Below the pieces are notes generated by a model that saw only the letters and a list, made by a program, of their open reading frames with translations, was not told where the DNA came from and ran no database searches. This document shows, piece after piece, positions 63,356-64,000 of a DNA stretch of 64,000 nucleotides; position 1 is the first letter of the stretch; each line of letters opens with the position of its first letter. The position numbers and the translations under genes were made by a program. The stretch is taken from assembly GCA_963790205.1 (NCBI GenBank), contig CAWBNQ010000003.1:1023022-1087021 (forward strand), written 5' to 3'. The DNA is from Nitrospirota bacterium (lineage in GTDB: Bacteria; Nitrospirota; UBA9217).

Positions 63356-64000
63356 ATGTCTCAAACTATCATCGGCCGTGGGGTAAAGATCACTTATTAT
63401 GGCCATTCGGCCTTTAGATTGACCGGGGCCGGGGTGTCGGTGCTCATCGACCCCTGGCTCAGCAATCCCCTGCTGCAGGATTCCTATAGAACAGGTGGGG
63501 AAGGTGGACCTGATCCTGGTGACTCACGGCCACGGGGATCACGTGGGCGAGACCGTGCCCCTGGCCCAAAAGACCGGGGCCACGGTGGTGGCCATCCACG
63601 AGTTGTCGCAGATCCTGGCCGCCCAAGGCGTCTCCCGGTGGTGGGCATGAACAAGGGTGGCACCGTGACTTTGGCCGGACTCAAAGTCGCCGTCGACCCC
63701 AGGCGGTGCACTCTTCTACCGTGGATGTGGGAGGCAAGATGGCGCCCGCCGGTGAGGCCGGCGGCTACGTGGTGCAGTTCCCCAACGGCTTCACCCTTTA
63801 CCATGCGGCGACACACGCGGTCTTTGGGGACATGGATCTCATCCGGCAGCTCTACCGGCCGGAGCTGGCTTTCCTGCCCATCGGCAGCCACTACGTCATG
63901 AACCCTCACGAGGCGGCCCTGGCCTGCAGGCTTCTTAAGCCCAAGTGGGTCACCCCGATGCACTACGGGCACCTTCCCGGTGCTCACCGGGACCCCGGCG
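63356..64000 (+). CDS. Metallo-beta-lactamase-fold hydrolase (UPF0173-like), frameshifted, 3' end outside the window
   Basis: ITYYGHSAF, LIDPWL..NP, THGHGDH, GMNKGG, LPIG.HYVM, PMHYG across frames. Confidence 0.82.

Overview
Bacterial DNA, probably from an anaerobic or microaerobic Nitrospirota- or Deltaproteobacteria-like organism (inferred from gene content), in two parts that meet abruptly near 51,410. Bases 1-51,410 are an accessory-rich region ending at tRNA-Ala(GGC). It holds: (i) a metal/redox cluster (Ni/Co-type membrane protein, DUF134, NifB/NifX, ArsR, CDF transporter, CZB-diguanylate cyclase, CopA); (ii) a Rieske/cytochrome b complex flanked by two pentaheme cytochromes; (iii) a glucan-to-acetate block (pgm, glgP, gnd, zwf, ackA, xfp) with a heme-c-fused cytochrome bd-like pair inside it; (iv) a fluoride module with two crcB riboswitches in series controlling crcB-DUF190 and dynamin-like GTPase-enolase-HAD-HIT; (v) a decayed integrase island at tRNA-Ala; (vi) a group 3b NiFe hydrogenase pair; and (vii) four IS elements: IS630, IS1182, an unusual element with two DDE transposases, and an IS110 whose 3' non-coding end folds into a bridge-RNA-like target loop matching the palindromic repeat it inserted into. 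Bases 51,410-64,000 are frameshift-dense (likely read errors, possibly a different contig) and hold a Zur-box/RAPP-leader-controlled metal uptake operon, hisB, a K+ channel and REP-like clusters. No CRISPR array or rRNA was seen. All calls come from reading motifs by eye; no searches were run.
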